A stretch of 64,000 nucleotides of DNA from Vampirovibrionales bacterium (GTDB taxonomy: Bacteria > Cyanobacteriota > Vampirovibrionia > Vampirovibrionales > Vampirovibrionaceae): contig JARXAD010000006.1 in the NCBI GenBank assembly GCA_029866025.1, positions 18,907 to 82,906 on the forward strand, written 5' to 3'. Below the pieces are notes generated by a model. That model was not told where the DNA came from, did no database searches, and worked only from the letters and a program-made list of their open reading frames with translations. The translations under genes and the position numbers were made by a program. Position 1 is the first letter of the stretch; each line of letters begins with the position of its first letter. Below are positions 31,140-41,000 of this stretch, piece after piece.

Positions 31140-31603
31140 ATGATTGTATTAGTACCCATCGATGGAGCAGAACAATCTTTATGCACCCTTGAAAGGGCCG
31201 CTCATTTCTTAGATAAAGAATTTTGTTCTCTTCATTTGTTTATGGTTCAAATCCCTATCTCGCCAGAAATTCCTTGGGAGCTGGAGGATAGCAAAGAAAC
31301 CGAAAGCTATCTAAACCGAGCAAAAGCCAAAGCAGAATCATTGGGATTTAAAGTTGATAAAACAGACTACACCACATCGTATAATCCAGCTGATATCATT
31401 TGCAATTATGCGGAAGCCATTGCTACGCAATTAATTGTAATGGGATCCCATTGGCATAAATGCATCACCCAGTTTTTCATCGGTAGTGTTAGCGAAGAGG
31501 TGTTTAAAGAAGCTACCAGCCTGTGATTGTGCGAAATGACAAACTACACTCTGCTAAAATTAGTCACTTGGATATCTCGAGTTTACATCAAATGAGTCAT
31601 TAA
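31140..31603 (+). pseudogene. Universal stress protein (UspA family), frameshifted
   Basis: VLVPIDG, LIVMGSH and FIGSVSEEV motifs. The expected terminal strand (QPVIVRND...) lies in another frame after a 1-nt deletion near 31516 and runs to TAA 31603. Confidence 0.75.
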
Positions 31604-31615
31604 TTAGTTAAACCC

Positions 31616-31658
31616 TAAATACCTCCCCCCACCGCTTATCGGTGGGGGGAGGTATTTA
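31616..31658. terminator. Perfect 19-bp-stem hairpin after the usp gene
   Basis: TAAATACCTCCCCCCACCG-CTTAT-CGGTGGGGGGAGGTATTTA. Confidence 0.75.
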
Positions 31659-31855
31659 TTACAACGGCTTATTCTTCATTATTGCGAGGCGATTTCATTA
31701 AAAGATGCTTCTCTTTTTCAATCACTTCTGACTGCCCTCCAAAAGGTGATCCGATCATAAGTAGAGAATTGGGTCATATTATAATTGACTCAAGTGACGA
31801 GTTTCTGTCACATTCCCTCAAAGCCCTATGCTATATGGATAATTACCGGCTAAAT

Positions 31856-31874
31856 TACACAAGAATTACACAAC
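31856..31874. repeat. 19-bp repeat TACACAAGAATTACACAAC, right copy
   Basis: Identical to 17855-17873; lies 48 bp from the tRNA 3' end. Confidence 0.75.
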
Positions 31875-31922
31875 AGGCCGTTTGATTATTTATTTAAACT
31901 TAGACCGTAATCAGTCGTAAAA

Positions 31923-31998
<76 letters not shown>

Positions 31999-32063
31999 GA
32001 CCATGCCTTTATTCAACTGTAAACGGTCGTAACAATCAACCTCTCAGCCACTTCATTTTCAAA

Positions 32064-33275
32064 TTAAACGCTGGCAGCAACCCGTAAACGCTGAGAGAGG
32101 AGTTCGGGTAACTTTAACAAGCGCTCGCGCGCCGCAGCCAAAGTTTCTGGTTTTTTGCTAAAGCAAAAGCGAATCATAGGCGCCTGTTGGCTGCCTTCGC
32201 TTAAAAAGCTGCTGCCCGGCACCACGGCCACACCCACGGTTTCAATCATAAACTGGGCAAAGTCCACATCGTTGGTAAAGCCGTATTGCTTGCACAACTG
32301 GCTAATATCACACAGCACATAATAAGCCCCTTGGGGTGAATAATAAGGCAGACCAATTTCATCTAAAATTTCCAGCATGGAGGCTTTCTTGTTAGCGTAG
32401 CTGGCTAACAGGCCATCATAGTATGTTTGGGGCAATTGCATGGCCGTAATGCCCGCTTGCTGCAAGGGGGCGGCAGCTCCTACCGTTAAAAAGTCGTGGA
32501 CCTTACGAATGGCAGCCGTCAGTTCAGCCGGGGCAATAATGGTGCCCACGCGCCAGCCGGTAACGCTGTAGGTTTTGGAGAGGCCATTAATCGTCACAGT
32601 GCGCTCTAACATACCGGGTAAAGAGGCCAATGCCAAGTGCTCAAGGCCGTCGTAGAGAATATGCTCGTAAATTTCGTCGGTAAAGGCCAACACATCCCAC
32701 TGCTGGCACAAGTCGGTAATGGTTTGCAGTTCTTTGCGGCTAAACACCTTCCCCGTAGGGTTATGAGGGGTATTGATAATAATGGCGCGAGTTTTTTCGT
32801 TAAAAGCAGCAGCCAACTCCGCCGGATCAAAGCTCCAGGTAGGGGGCTTAAGCTGCACATAACGAGGAATGGCACCGGCCAAAATGGCATCGGGGCCATA
32901 ATTTTCGTAATAGGGCTCAAAGACAATCACTTCATCGCCGGGGTCTACCAAGGCCAGCATGGTGGCCGCCATCGCCTCGGTACTACCGCAGGTAACGGTA
33001 ATATCCGTATCAGGATTAATGGGAATACCCAAATAGCGGCTGGATTTTTCTGCAATGGCATAACGAAAAGGGGTGGCACCCCATGTAATGGCGTACTGGT
33101 TAATGTCTTTATCAATGGCTGCTTTGGCTGCTTCTTTGAGTTCCGTCGGGCAAGGAAAATCAGGAAAACCTTGGGCTAAATTGACGGCCTCATGCTTGGC
33201 CGCTAAACGAGACATCTCGCGAATGACCGACTCTTTAAACTGGCTGGCTTTGATGGACGTTTTGGGTCGTGTCAT
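32064..33275 (-). CDS. PLP-dependent class I aminotransferase (MtnE/YbdL-like, methionine salvage)
   Basis: NLAQGFPD, NTPHNPTG, DEIYEH and SKTYSVTGWRVG; divergent from mtnBDC. Confidence 0.9.
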   Translation of the reverse strand: MTRPKTSIKASQFKESVIREMSRLAAKHEAVNLAQGFPDFPCPTELKEAAKAAIDKDINQYAITWGATPFRYAIAEKSSRYLGIPINPDTDITVTCGSTEAMAATMLALVDPGDEVIVFEPYYENYGPDAILAGAIPRYVQLKPPTWSFDPAELAAAFNEKTRAIIINTPHNPTGKVFSRKELQTITDLCQQWDVLAFTDEIYEHILYDGLEHLALASLPGMLERTVTINGLSKTYSVTGWRVGTIIAPAELTAAIRKVHDFLTVGAAAPLQQAGITAMQLPQTYYDGLLASYANKKASMLEILDEIGLPYYSPQGAYYVLCDISQLCKQYGFTNDVDFAQFMIETVGVAVVPGSSFLSEGSQQAPMIRFCFSKKPETLAAARERLLKLPELLSQRLRVAASV

Positions 33276-33382
33276 GGCTGGGAAGTTCCTCGATTGAACT
33301 GAAAATAGCTTCTTATTGTATCGTAATCCAAATAATGACTGACAATATTGAGAAATGGATATCTTGGTGGCATTCTAAACCC

Positions 33383-34051
33383 ATGAATACTTCCACCACT
33401 CCCTTCCAACCAGTAGCCATTAGCGAGGCTCTTACTGAGCTTATTTCGGTATCCCAATTTTTGCATCAGCAAGGGTGGACGCCTGCCACCAGCTCTAATT
33501 TTTCTACCCGTAACAACGAACCAAAGGGCAGTTTTTTTATTTCTCGCTCTGGTAAAGACAAAGGCACCTTAACACAACACGACTTTATGGCGGTGGATGC
33601 AAAGGGGCTTCCCTTGGCAGGCGTGGAGGGTACCCCTTCTGCAGAAACCTTATTACATGCGTGGGTGTATGAGAATTTCCCCGAAGTCAATACTGTACTT
33701 CATACGCATTCGCTGAATGGCACCTTACTCTCTAAGCTGTGCGAAGAATTTGGCGAGTTTACGGTGTCGAACCTTGAAATTCTCAAAGGCTTTGCTGGTA
33801 TTACCAGTCATGAAGCCTCGGTGACGATACCCATTATTGCTAATCACCAAGATATGACGGTTATTGCTGAAGGCTTATCACGCTACCAAGCAAACGTAAC
33901 AAACCCACTCCGTGGGTTTTTACTAGCAGGGCATGGTCTGTACACATGGGGAAACACCACAGCTGAAGCCCGTCGCCACGTGGAAGTGATGGAATTTTTA
34001 ATGGCCTATGCCCTGCAATGGTACCAAAGCACGGGAGCATGGCCCGAATGA
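33383..34051 (+). CDS. mtnB: Methylthioribulose-1-phosphate dehydratase
   Basis: GWTPATSSNFS, SGKDKG, PSAETLLH, LHTHS and GHGLYTWG. Confidence 0.95.
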   Translation: MNTSTTPFQPVAISEALTELISVSQFLHQQGWTPATSSNFSTRNNEPKGSFFISRSGKDKGTLTQHDFMAVDAKGLPLAGVEGTPSAETLLHAWVYENFPEVNTVLHTHSLNGTLLSKLCEEFGEFTVSNLEILKGFAGITSHEASVTIPIIANHQDMTVIAEGLSRYQANVTNPLRGFLLAGHGLYTWGNTTAEARRHVEVMEFLMAYALQWYQSTGAWPE

Positions 34052-34617
34052 CAACCCTGTACCAAGCCCAATCCAAACACGTTGTAAGTGACTTTGGGAC
34101 CATTCAGACTTTTTTAGCCCAACGCGGCGTGGCTTTCGCTCGGTGGAATGCCAGTGTTGATTTTGAGCCTGATGCCGATGAAACCACCATTTTGGATGTG
34201 TATCAGCATGAATTACAGCCCTTCATGGCATCAAACGGTTTTCAAAGTGCGGATGTCATTACCATTCACCCCAAAACGGAGAATGTGGCAGCGTTGAATG
34301 CAAAATTTTTAAAAGAGCACACCCACAGCGAAGACGAAGTTCGATTTTTTGTGGCAGGGCAAGGCGATTTCTGGTTTCATTTGGAAGAGCCCACTGATGA
34401 AGTGTTTGGTGTTACCTGCACCGCAGGCGATTTCCTCTCCGTGCCGGCAGGGGTCAAACATTGGTTTGACATGGGCCCTGCCGATGACGAAACGTCGCCC
34501 AACGTTAAGGTGATTCGGATTTTTACCAGCAAAGACGGTTGGACCCCCCACTACACTCAATCAGGACTAGAACAAACCGTTGCAAAACCTTTATTAACAG
34601 CAGGAGCCACGGTATGA
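34048..34617 (+). CDS. mtnD: Acireductone dioxygenase
   Basis: FLKEHTHSEDEVRFFV and SVPAGVKHWFD; ATGA overlap with mtnB. Confidence 0.95.
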   Translation: MTTLYQAQSKHVVSDFGTIQTFLAQRGVAFARWNASVDFEPDADETTILDVYQHELQPFMASNGFQSADVITIHPKTENVAALNAKFLKEHTHSEDEVRFFVAGQGDFWFHLEEPTDEVFGVTCTAGDFLSVPAGVKHWFDMGPADDETSPNVKVIRIFTSKDGWTPHYTQSGLEQTVAKPLLTAGATV

Positions 34618-35336
34618 GTTTAGCCAATCCCAACCGCTACGAGTCCATTCGCTGTGTACTGATGGACATTGAAGGCACCACGACTGATATTGAGTTTGTC
34701 CATTCGGTACTGTTCCCGTATTCGGCCCAGCATTTGCCCCAGTATGTAATGGACCACGAAGACGACACCACTGTACAAAAGTGCTTGCTAGGCGTGCGCC
34801 AAACCCTGCTAGACGAAAACGAAGTAACCGAGGCGCATACTCACACCTGCATTCAAGCCTTGCTCCATTGGATTGCCACAGACCGCAAGCACACCGCCCT
34901 GAAGACCCTTCAAGGCCTGATTTGGAAAACCGGTTACGAAACGGGCGCCTACCAAAGCCACGTGTACCCCGATGTACTACCCGCTTTACAGCGCTGGCAA
35001 GCCAAAGGGCTTACGCTCGCCATATACTCGTCGGGTTCGGTTGCGGCCCAGCAGTTGCTGTTTGGTCACACCCCCCATGGGGATTTAGCCCCCTACTTTA
35101 GCCACTACTTTGACACCACGGTGGGCGGCAAAAAAGAGATGGCATCTTATCAGGACATTGCCAAAGCCTTAGCACTCCCGCCAGAAGCCATTTTATTTTT
35201 AAGCGACATGGAAGATGAGTTGGAGGCCGCTGAAGAAGCAGGCTTTCAGGTCATTCAGTTACAGCGCGATGACAATGTGATTAGTGGTCATGTGCCTTAC
35301 CCCGTTAAGCGCAGCTTTGACGCTATTTTGCCGTAA
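34614..35336 (+). CDS. mtnC: Enolase-phosphatase E1
   Basis: DIEGTT, FVHSVLFPY, DRKHTALKTLQG and YSSGSVAAQ; ATGA overlap with mtnD. Confidence 0.95.
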   Translation: MSLANPNRYESIRCVLMDIEGTTTDIEFVHSVLFPYSAQHLPQYVMDHEDDTTVQKCLLGVRQTLLDENEVTEAHTHTCIQALLHWIATDRKHTALKTLQGLIWKTGYETGAYQSHVYPDVLPALQRWQAKGLTLAIYSSGSVAAQQLLFGHTPHGDLAPYFSHYFDTTVGGKKEMASYQDIAKALALPPEAILFLSDMEDELEAAEEAGFQVIQLQRDDNVISGHVPYPVKRSFDAILP

Positions 35337-35352
35337 TGGTTAACAACACCCT

Positions 35353-36831
35353 TTAGGATGAACAGCTAATAACCAAGGGCTTTGTGTCTACTGGGGGTGG
35401 GCTGGCAAAAGGCGAGGCATCGGCTTCCGTAGCATAGGGATTTTTCAGCACGTCCCACAACGCTTGGGTCACGCTAAAATCGCCTTGCTGAGCTGCCGTA
35501 ATGGCCGCTTGGGCATGGTGGTTGCGCAATACCACGGCAGGATTGCGGCTTAACGTGTAGCGCTTTAAGTCCTCGTCAGAAAGCTGACTGTTGCCATCAT
35601 TCGCTAAGCGATCACCATAGGCTTCCACCCACTGGTGCCAAGCGTCGGACTCACACCCAAACAAGGGTGCCAACGCCTCTTTCGCCAAATCGGCTGTTTT
35701 GTAGCTCCAACGCCTAAAAAACTGGGTGTAATCCACTTTATGAGCAGCCATTAACTTTAGGAGCGTCTCCAACAAGGCGTCGTCACCTTCCTGTACCGAA
35801 GATAACCCCAGTTTTCCAGCCATCAAAGAGCGGTAGTGGGTGAGATACGCCTGAGGATAAACCTTGAGGGCCTCTTGAATGGTCTCAACCGGTAACATAT
35901 GGGCCAAGGTTTGCCCCAAAGCGGCGCAATTCCAATACCCCACATCGGGCTGACGATGGTAGGCATAGCGCCCCTCATGATCCGAGTGATTGCAAATATG
36001 ATATGGGTCAAAGGTATCCAAAAAGCCGTAAGGACCATAATCCAAGGTCAGGCCCAGTAGGCTCATGTTATCCGTGTTCATCACCCCGTGGCAAAAACCC
36101 ACTGCCTGCCACTGGGCCATGAGTTGGGCTGTGTGTGTGGTCACCGCTTGCAACCAGGCCACACACCCCGCTTCACTGTCCTCAAAGGTTTCACCAAAGG
36201 CAGTACCGCAAATGTCCATCGCTAAGGTTAGATAGTTTTTCAGCAACACATCGTTGCCTTGATAATACGCATATTCCAAATGGCCAAAGCGCAAAAAGCT
36301 AGGAGCCACACGAACCATGCTGGCACCCATTTCCATCATTTCTCGGTATACGGGTTCGGTGCTGGTAAACAAACTTAGGGCCCGTGTTGTGGGAATACCC
36401 AAGCCCGCCACGGCTTCACTGGCTAAAAACTCTCGCAGGGTTGAGCGCAAGACAGCCCTACCGTCGCCTCGGCGAGAATACGGCGTTGGGCCAGCACCCT
36501 TTAGCTGAATTTCCCAGCGCTGGTTGGCAGAGTCTACCACATCACCCAAGAAAATCGCTCGGCCATCGCCCAGTTGTGGCACTAAATGGCCAAATTGATG
36601 CCCTGCATACACGGTGGCAATGGGTTGAGGTGAATAATGATTCAACTGGCCATTGCAGATGTCTAACCACTGAGGGCTGTTTAGCGCGCTAACACGTAAA
36701 CCCAGTTGCTGACCCAGTGCATCATTGTTTAACGCCAACTGGGCCCCTGTGAGGGGTGTTATGGAAACGGTTGAAAACGCTTCGGGGCCTAAGGCTTCGT
36801 AGCGGGTGGGGGTCGGCAGAAAGATTGGCAT
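35353..36831 (-). CDS. selO: Protein adenylyltransferase SelO/YdiU
   Basis: YAGHQFG...QLGDGRA, KGAGPTPYSR.GDGRAVLRS, HGVMNTDN, DYGP and C-terminal SCSS. Confidence 0.96.
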   Translation of the reverse strand: MPIFLPTPTRYEALGPEAFSTVSITPLTGAQLALNNDALGQQLGLRVSALNSPQWLDICNGQLNHYSPQPIATVYAGHQFGHLVPQLGDGRAIFLGDVVDSANQRWEIQLKGAGPTPYSRRGDGRAVLRSTLREFLASEAVAGLGIPTTRALSLFTSTEPVYREMMEMGASMVRVAPSFLRFGHLEYAYYQGNDVLLKNYLTLAMDICGTAFGETFEDSEAGCVAWLQAVTTHTAQLMAQWQAVGFCHGVMNTDNMSLLGLTLDYGPYGFLDTFDPYHICNHSDHEGRYAYHRQPDVGYWNCAALGQTLAHMLPVETIQEALKVYPQAYLTHYRSLMAGKLGLSSVQEGDDALLETLLKLMAAHKVDYTQFFRRWSYKTADLAKEALAPLFGCESDAWHQWVEAYGDRLANDGNSQLSDEDLKRYTLSRNPAVVLRNHHAQAAITAAQQGDFSVTQALWDVLKNPYATEADASPFASPPPVDTKPLVISCSS

Positions 36832-37074
36832 AGGGGTATTAAAGCGTAAAGTCGTTTTAAGATCGTCGTTTCACCCCTATGGGCGAAGTCATTTAGGGCA
36901 TTTTCATGGGTACGTTTAGCAGTATCCTTTGGTTAGTAAACGTTCAAAGTAAATCAGCGTTCAGGGTGAAAGGAGATTTCGCCATGAGACCATGCTTTAC
37001 CTCATTTTCACAACCTTTTTTGTGGAGACACCTTAAATTATAAAAAACAATAATAAACCGTTACAAAGCCTCCA

Positions 37075-37194
37075 GCGCTATTGGATCTAGTCCGAAAGGA
37101 TAAGTAAGGTCATTCACCCAAGGTTGTGCTTAGGGTGATGGTTTTGTGGGTGCGTATTAAAAGCACCGTCAGAGATGATAAGCGCAATCAGCGC
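37075..37194 (+). promoter_or_regulatory. Putative structured 5' leader (unclassified riboswitch-like element)
   Basis: Closing stem GCGCTATTG/CAAT(C)AGCGC encloses TCC-GAAA-GGA, TCACCCAAG/CTT(A)GGGTGA and GGTGC/GCACC hairpins; ends ~40 nt before ATG 37237. Confidence 0.4.
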
Positions 37195-37236
37195 GATGTG
37201 GGTTTTTAGTCAATTTACTGAAAGAGAGTATTTATA

Positions 37237-37956
37237 ATGAGCCAATTATTAAAGCAGCGCATTGTGGCCGTGTCGTGTGCGGTATGTGTAGGAATGGTGG
37301 GTTTATTCGCACCCGCTTTTGCAGATTCTGCCGTATTGTTAGCCAGCAGCTTTTCGCCATCCCTTGCAGCGCCAAGCCTTGTAGCACCCACTCTGCCTGA
37401 ATTATTGAATGAAGCCGCTCAACAATCGCCCTCCATTTTTAAGATAAACATTCAACACAGCGATACACTCTCCGATGATTCCAGTGCCAAAAAATCGGGC
37501 CGTCATGGCCGCAGCCGCCGCAGTAAAGAGACTGTAGCCAGCCACATTCAACTGGATGATGAAGCCCGTACCATTGGCGGCCAACTGAGTGATGGCGATG
37601 CCGCCAAACTACGACCCGCCCAAAAATATTTGTTTGAACTTCCCAAAGTGGTGAACAACAAAACCGTGTGGCTTAGCATCGGAAAACTTAATGGCATACA
37701 TACACCACAAGCCCACACCTTGGGCCAAACCAGCGATGACCACATTAGCAGCCCATTGGCCATTAAACTGAATGGAAAAACCATTCAATACGTGTACGTG
37801 AATGGCGATAATCTCCACATTCGCATTCCTAAAAGCTTGCTAAATAAAGAAGGCTATAACGCCTTGCAATTGCAGGCAGGCTACTATTATTCGGCACCCA
37901 ACACCATTGCTTACGATCGCGTGAGTTTTGAGAACGTCCGTCTCGAGCCCTCGTAA
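37237..37956 (+). CDS. Secreted hypothetical protein
   Basis: Sec signal peptide ending ...APAFA; beta-rich C-terminal domain. Confidence 0.75.
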   Translation: MSQLLKQRIVAVSCAVCVGMVGLFAPAFADSAVLLASSFSPSLAAPSLVAPTLPELLNEAAQQSPSIFKINIQHSDTLSDDSSAKKSGRHGRSRRSKETVASHIQLDDEARTIGGQLSDGDAAKLRPAQKYLFELPKVVNNKTVWLSIGKLNGIHTPQAHTLGQTSDDHISSPLAIKLNGKTIQYVYVNGDNLHIRIPKSLLNKEGYNALQLQAGYYYSAPNTIAYDRVSFENVRLEPS

Positions 37957-38015
37957 GCAAACCGCTTTTACCTTTCGTTTAAGACAAGGCAACACTTATA
38001 AATAAACGTTTATAA

Positions 38016-38061
38016 ACAAACCCCCTCCTTCGAAAATCGAGAGAGGGGGCTTTTTTTGTTT
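38016..38061. terminator. Bidirectional intrinsic terminator
   Basis: AAACCCCCTC...GAGGGGGCTTTTTTT between convergent genes. Confidence 0.8.
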
Positions 38062-38093
38062 ATTACTTTTTTACTGACGACGATGTTAAACCA

Positions 38094-41000
38094 CTAGAAA
38101 AGAGGACCGCCCAAGCCAGCATTGCCAGACGGGTTACCGCCAAACTGTTGGGAATTTTGAACAGAGTCTTCGTTTAACGGAATGGTTGTGCCTTTAAATT
38201 GGTTGTTAATTTGGCTGCCCGAACGGCCTCTCAAATTACCCGCCAAGTTTTTCAGCTTGTTGCTTTCCTCACCGCCATCATCGTCTCCAGGTACGTTTAC
38301 AAAGGCAGACCCGTTGGGAGTAATCACTTTGAGGAACTTACCGCTAAACAAGCCATCGGGTAGTTTGGCATACAACAAGCCATCACCATTTAGCTCCACA
38401 TCCAAATCGCCAAAGCGCTGGGTATTAGTACCCACAAAACGAATGCCTGCCGATGTCGTACGATCGTCGGCATTGGTAGCACCGCCCGTATAGTACACGC
38501 TACGGTTGTTGGCCATACGTAAGTTCCAGCGACCCGCACCTGAATCGCTATTGGGTGTGGTTTCTTGAGTGGAGAAACGGGTATTGAAGGTGATGTCCGT
38601 TGCTGCTTTGGCACGTGCATCCAATAGACCCAAGTTAATAAGGCCATTGGTTTCCGAATCGCCAAAGAAGATGTCACGAGCCGTCAGATTGTCAAACTCG
38701 GTTTGAGTAATGTTTAGCAATCCAGAGCCACCGCCTAAGCCAAGGGTGGTATTGGCATCCCAAGCAGACAAGGTGATTTGGCCGCTTTCGGTACCAGCAT
38801 TTACCAAGCCTTGAATGTCTTGAAGGTTGGACTTAAACCAAATCAACGCATCATCGGCAGTGACGGTGGCACCTTCGCCAATGTTAATGGATGAATCTGA
38901 GTTCTCCGTAGTGACGGTCACACCATTATCGCCGTGGGTATCGCCATTGAGGTTGATATCACTGTAGGTTTGGCTGCCATCTTCAACGCGTTCTTTCTCA
39001 TTAGAGAAGCCACCGCCCTTGGTACGAATATCCACCTTGTTGCCAGCGTCAATGGAGCCACCGGCAATGAAGAAGCTTTCTTCTTCAAAGCGACCTTCAA
39101 AGAAAGGACCGCTAAAGCCTGTAGAGCCTGAACTGCCCGACGAACCCGAAGAGCCGCTGCTACCAATGGAGCCCCCTTGGGTAATGGGCGAGCCATTGCC
39201 TTCTGTGAGCAACGATACATTATTACCGGCGTAAATAGCACCGTTTTGGTCAATGCGGCTGTCATCACCATAGGAAATAAAGTTCACGTCATGGCCTGCA
39301 TCTACCACAGACCCTTGGCTACGATATTTAGAGTACCAGCCCATACCCGAGCCGCCTTCTTGGAGAATACGGCTGCTAAAGCCATCGGTGATGACATTAA
39401 TATCACCCGAAGAACGTACTTCAGAACGCTCAAAGAATCCTGTTGCACCTGAAGACCCAGAGGAACCGGACACTCCGCTACCACCGGTGCTGGCCGAAGC
39501 GCCCGAACTGTAGGTAGCCAAATAGCTATCGGAACCTAAGGTAATACTGCTGTAACTGCCTTCGGTGTGAACATCAATGTTGCCGTCTTCACTAATCACG
39601 GTGCCATTCACGTCAACAGGGGCATTGTAGCCAGTGGTTTCAATCCGCACATCGCCATCGGCATCCACATAAGAGCCACTATTTTGGTTGATACTGGCGT
39701 AATTGCCCGTGGTTTTTACTGTAATGCCATCCCCATAAACGCGGCTTTCTTCTTCCACATAGCCGCCGGTTTCCAAATCACTGCTTTCGCCCAAGGTAAT
39801 GGTACTGTCATCACCTTCGGTTAGCACATCAATGGCGCCTGCATAGCTGGTTATATCACCATTAATATCCACCGTGGCGTTACTGGCCAACGTGTTTACC
39901 AACACATTGTTGTCGGATTCAATAGCGGCTGTGCTGGTTAAGGTAATGTCGGAATTGGCACCTTCGGTAGCAACCGTCACACCATTGGTGCCTTCGGTAT
40001 AACCATTCAAGGTGATATCGCTATCCACTCCGGTCGTCACGCGATAAACCATACCACTCATGCCAGAACCACCGTAACCGCCGGAGGCACCCGATTCACC
40101 GCGACTCGTGGTTCCTTGGGTGCGAATGTCGACTGTGTTACCAGCTTCAATGGTGCCTACGGTTGTGGTGTAACCCGAAGCACCCGAGTAACCACTGTAA
40201 CCATAGTAACCGCTGTAACCTGAGGAACCCGAGCTACCGATCGATGACCCTTGAGTAATGGGCGAGCCATTGCCTTCGGTTAGCAAAGTTGCGTTGTTAT
40301 CGGCCACAACGTAGCCGTTTTGATCAATGCGGCTGGTGTCGCCGGTGGTTTTAAAGGTCACATCATTGACCGAATCCACCAATGAGCCAGCATTTTGAAC
40401 AATGGCGCTATCGGCACCCGTGGTGTTAAGGGTAATGTTACCCATACCCGCAGTAGCACCGGTAGAGCCTGAGTAACCACTCGATCCACTGGAACCCGTT
40501 GGGCCTTCATAGACAGCGGCGGCAACCATTTCACCGTCATTGCCGTAGGTGGCTAAATAGCTGTTAGCACCTAAGGTAATATCGCTATCTTGGCCTTCCG
40601 TTAGTACGTCAATGTTGCCATTGTCGCTGGTAACAGTGCCGTTTAGCTCAATGTCTGCGTTGTTATCGGTGGTTTCAATCAGCACATCGGCTTCGCCATT
40701 CACTTCCGAGCCGTTTAGCTGAGTAATACCGCTCTGTTTGTTGGTGGTGCGAATAATGATTTTACCGTCAGCGTCTTCACCCAACATAACACGCTTTACG
40801 TCACTAAAGGTGCTGTTGGTAATGGTGCTGTTTTCGCCCAAAGTAATGTCGCTGTCTTTTCCATGAGTGGCAATACGAACCAAATCATCGCCATTCACGT
40901 CGCCATCCAATTCAATGGCGGAATCTTTGGCAAAGGTGCGAATCACTGCATTTTTATCGGCATTCACATCGCTATTTTTGTACTGAGTAATGTCAGCGTC

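Noticed and set aside
31682..31885. 67-aa ORF next to tRNA-Phe as an integrase remnant
   Set aside because: No tyrosine-recombinase R-H-R-H-Y residues are recognisable; probably non-coding att-arm DNA.
32064..35336. Methionine salvage cluster as part of the island
   Set aside because: It lies on the 5' side of the tRNA, outside the att repeats, and is an ordinary mtnBDC plus aminotransferase arrangement.
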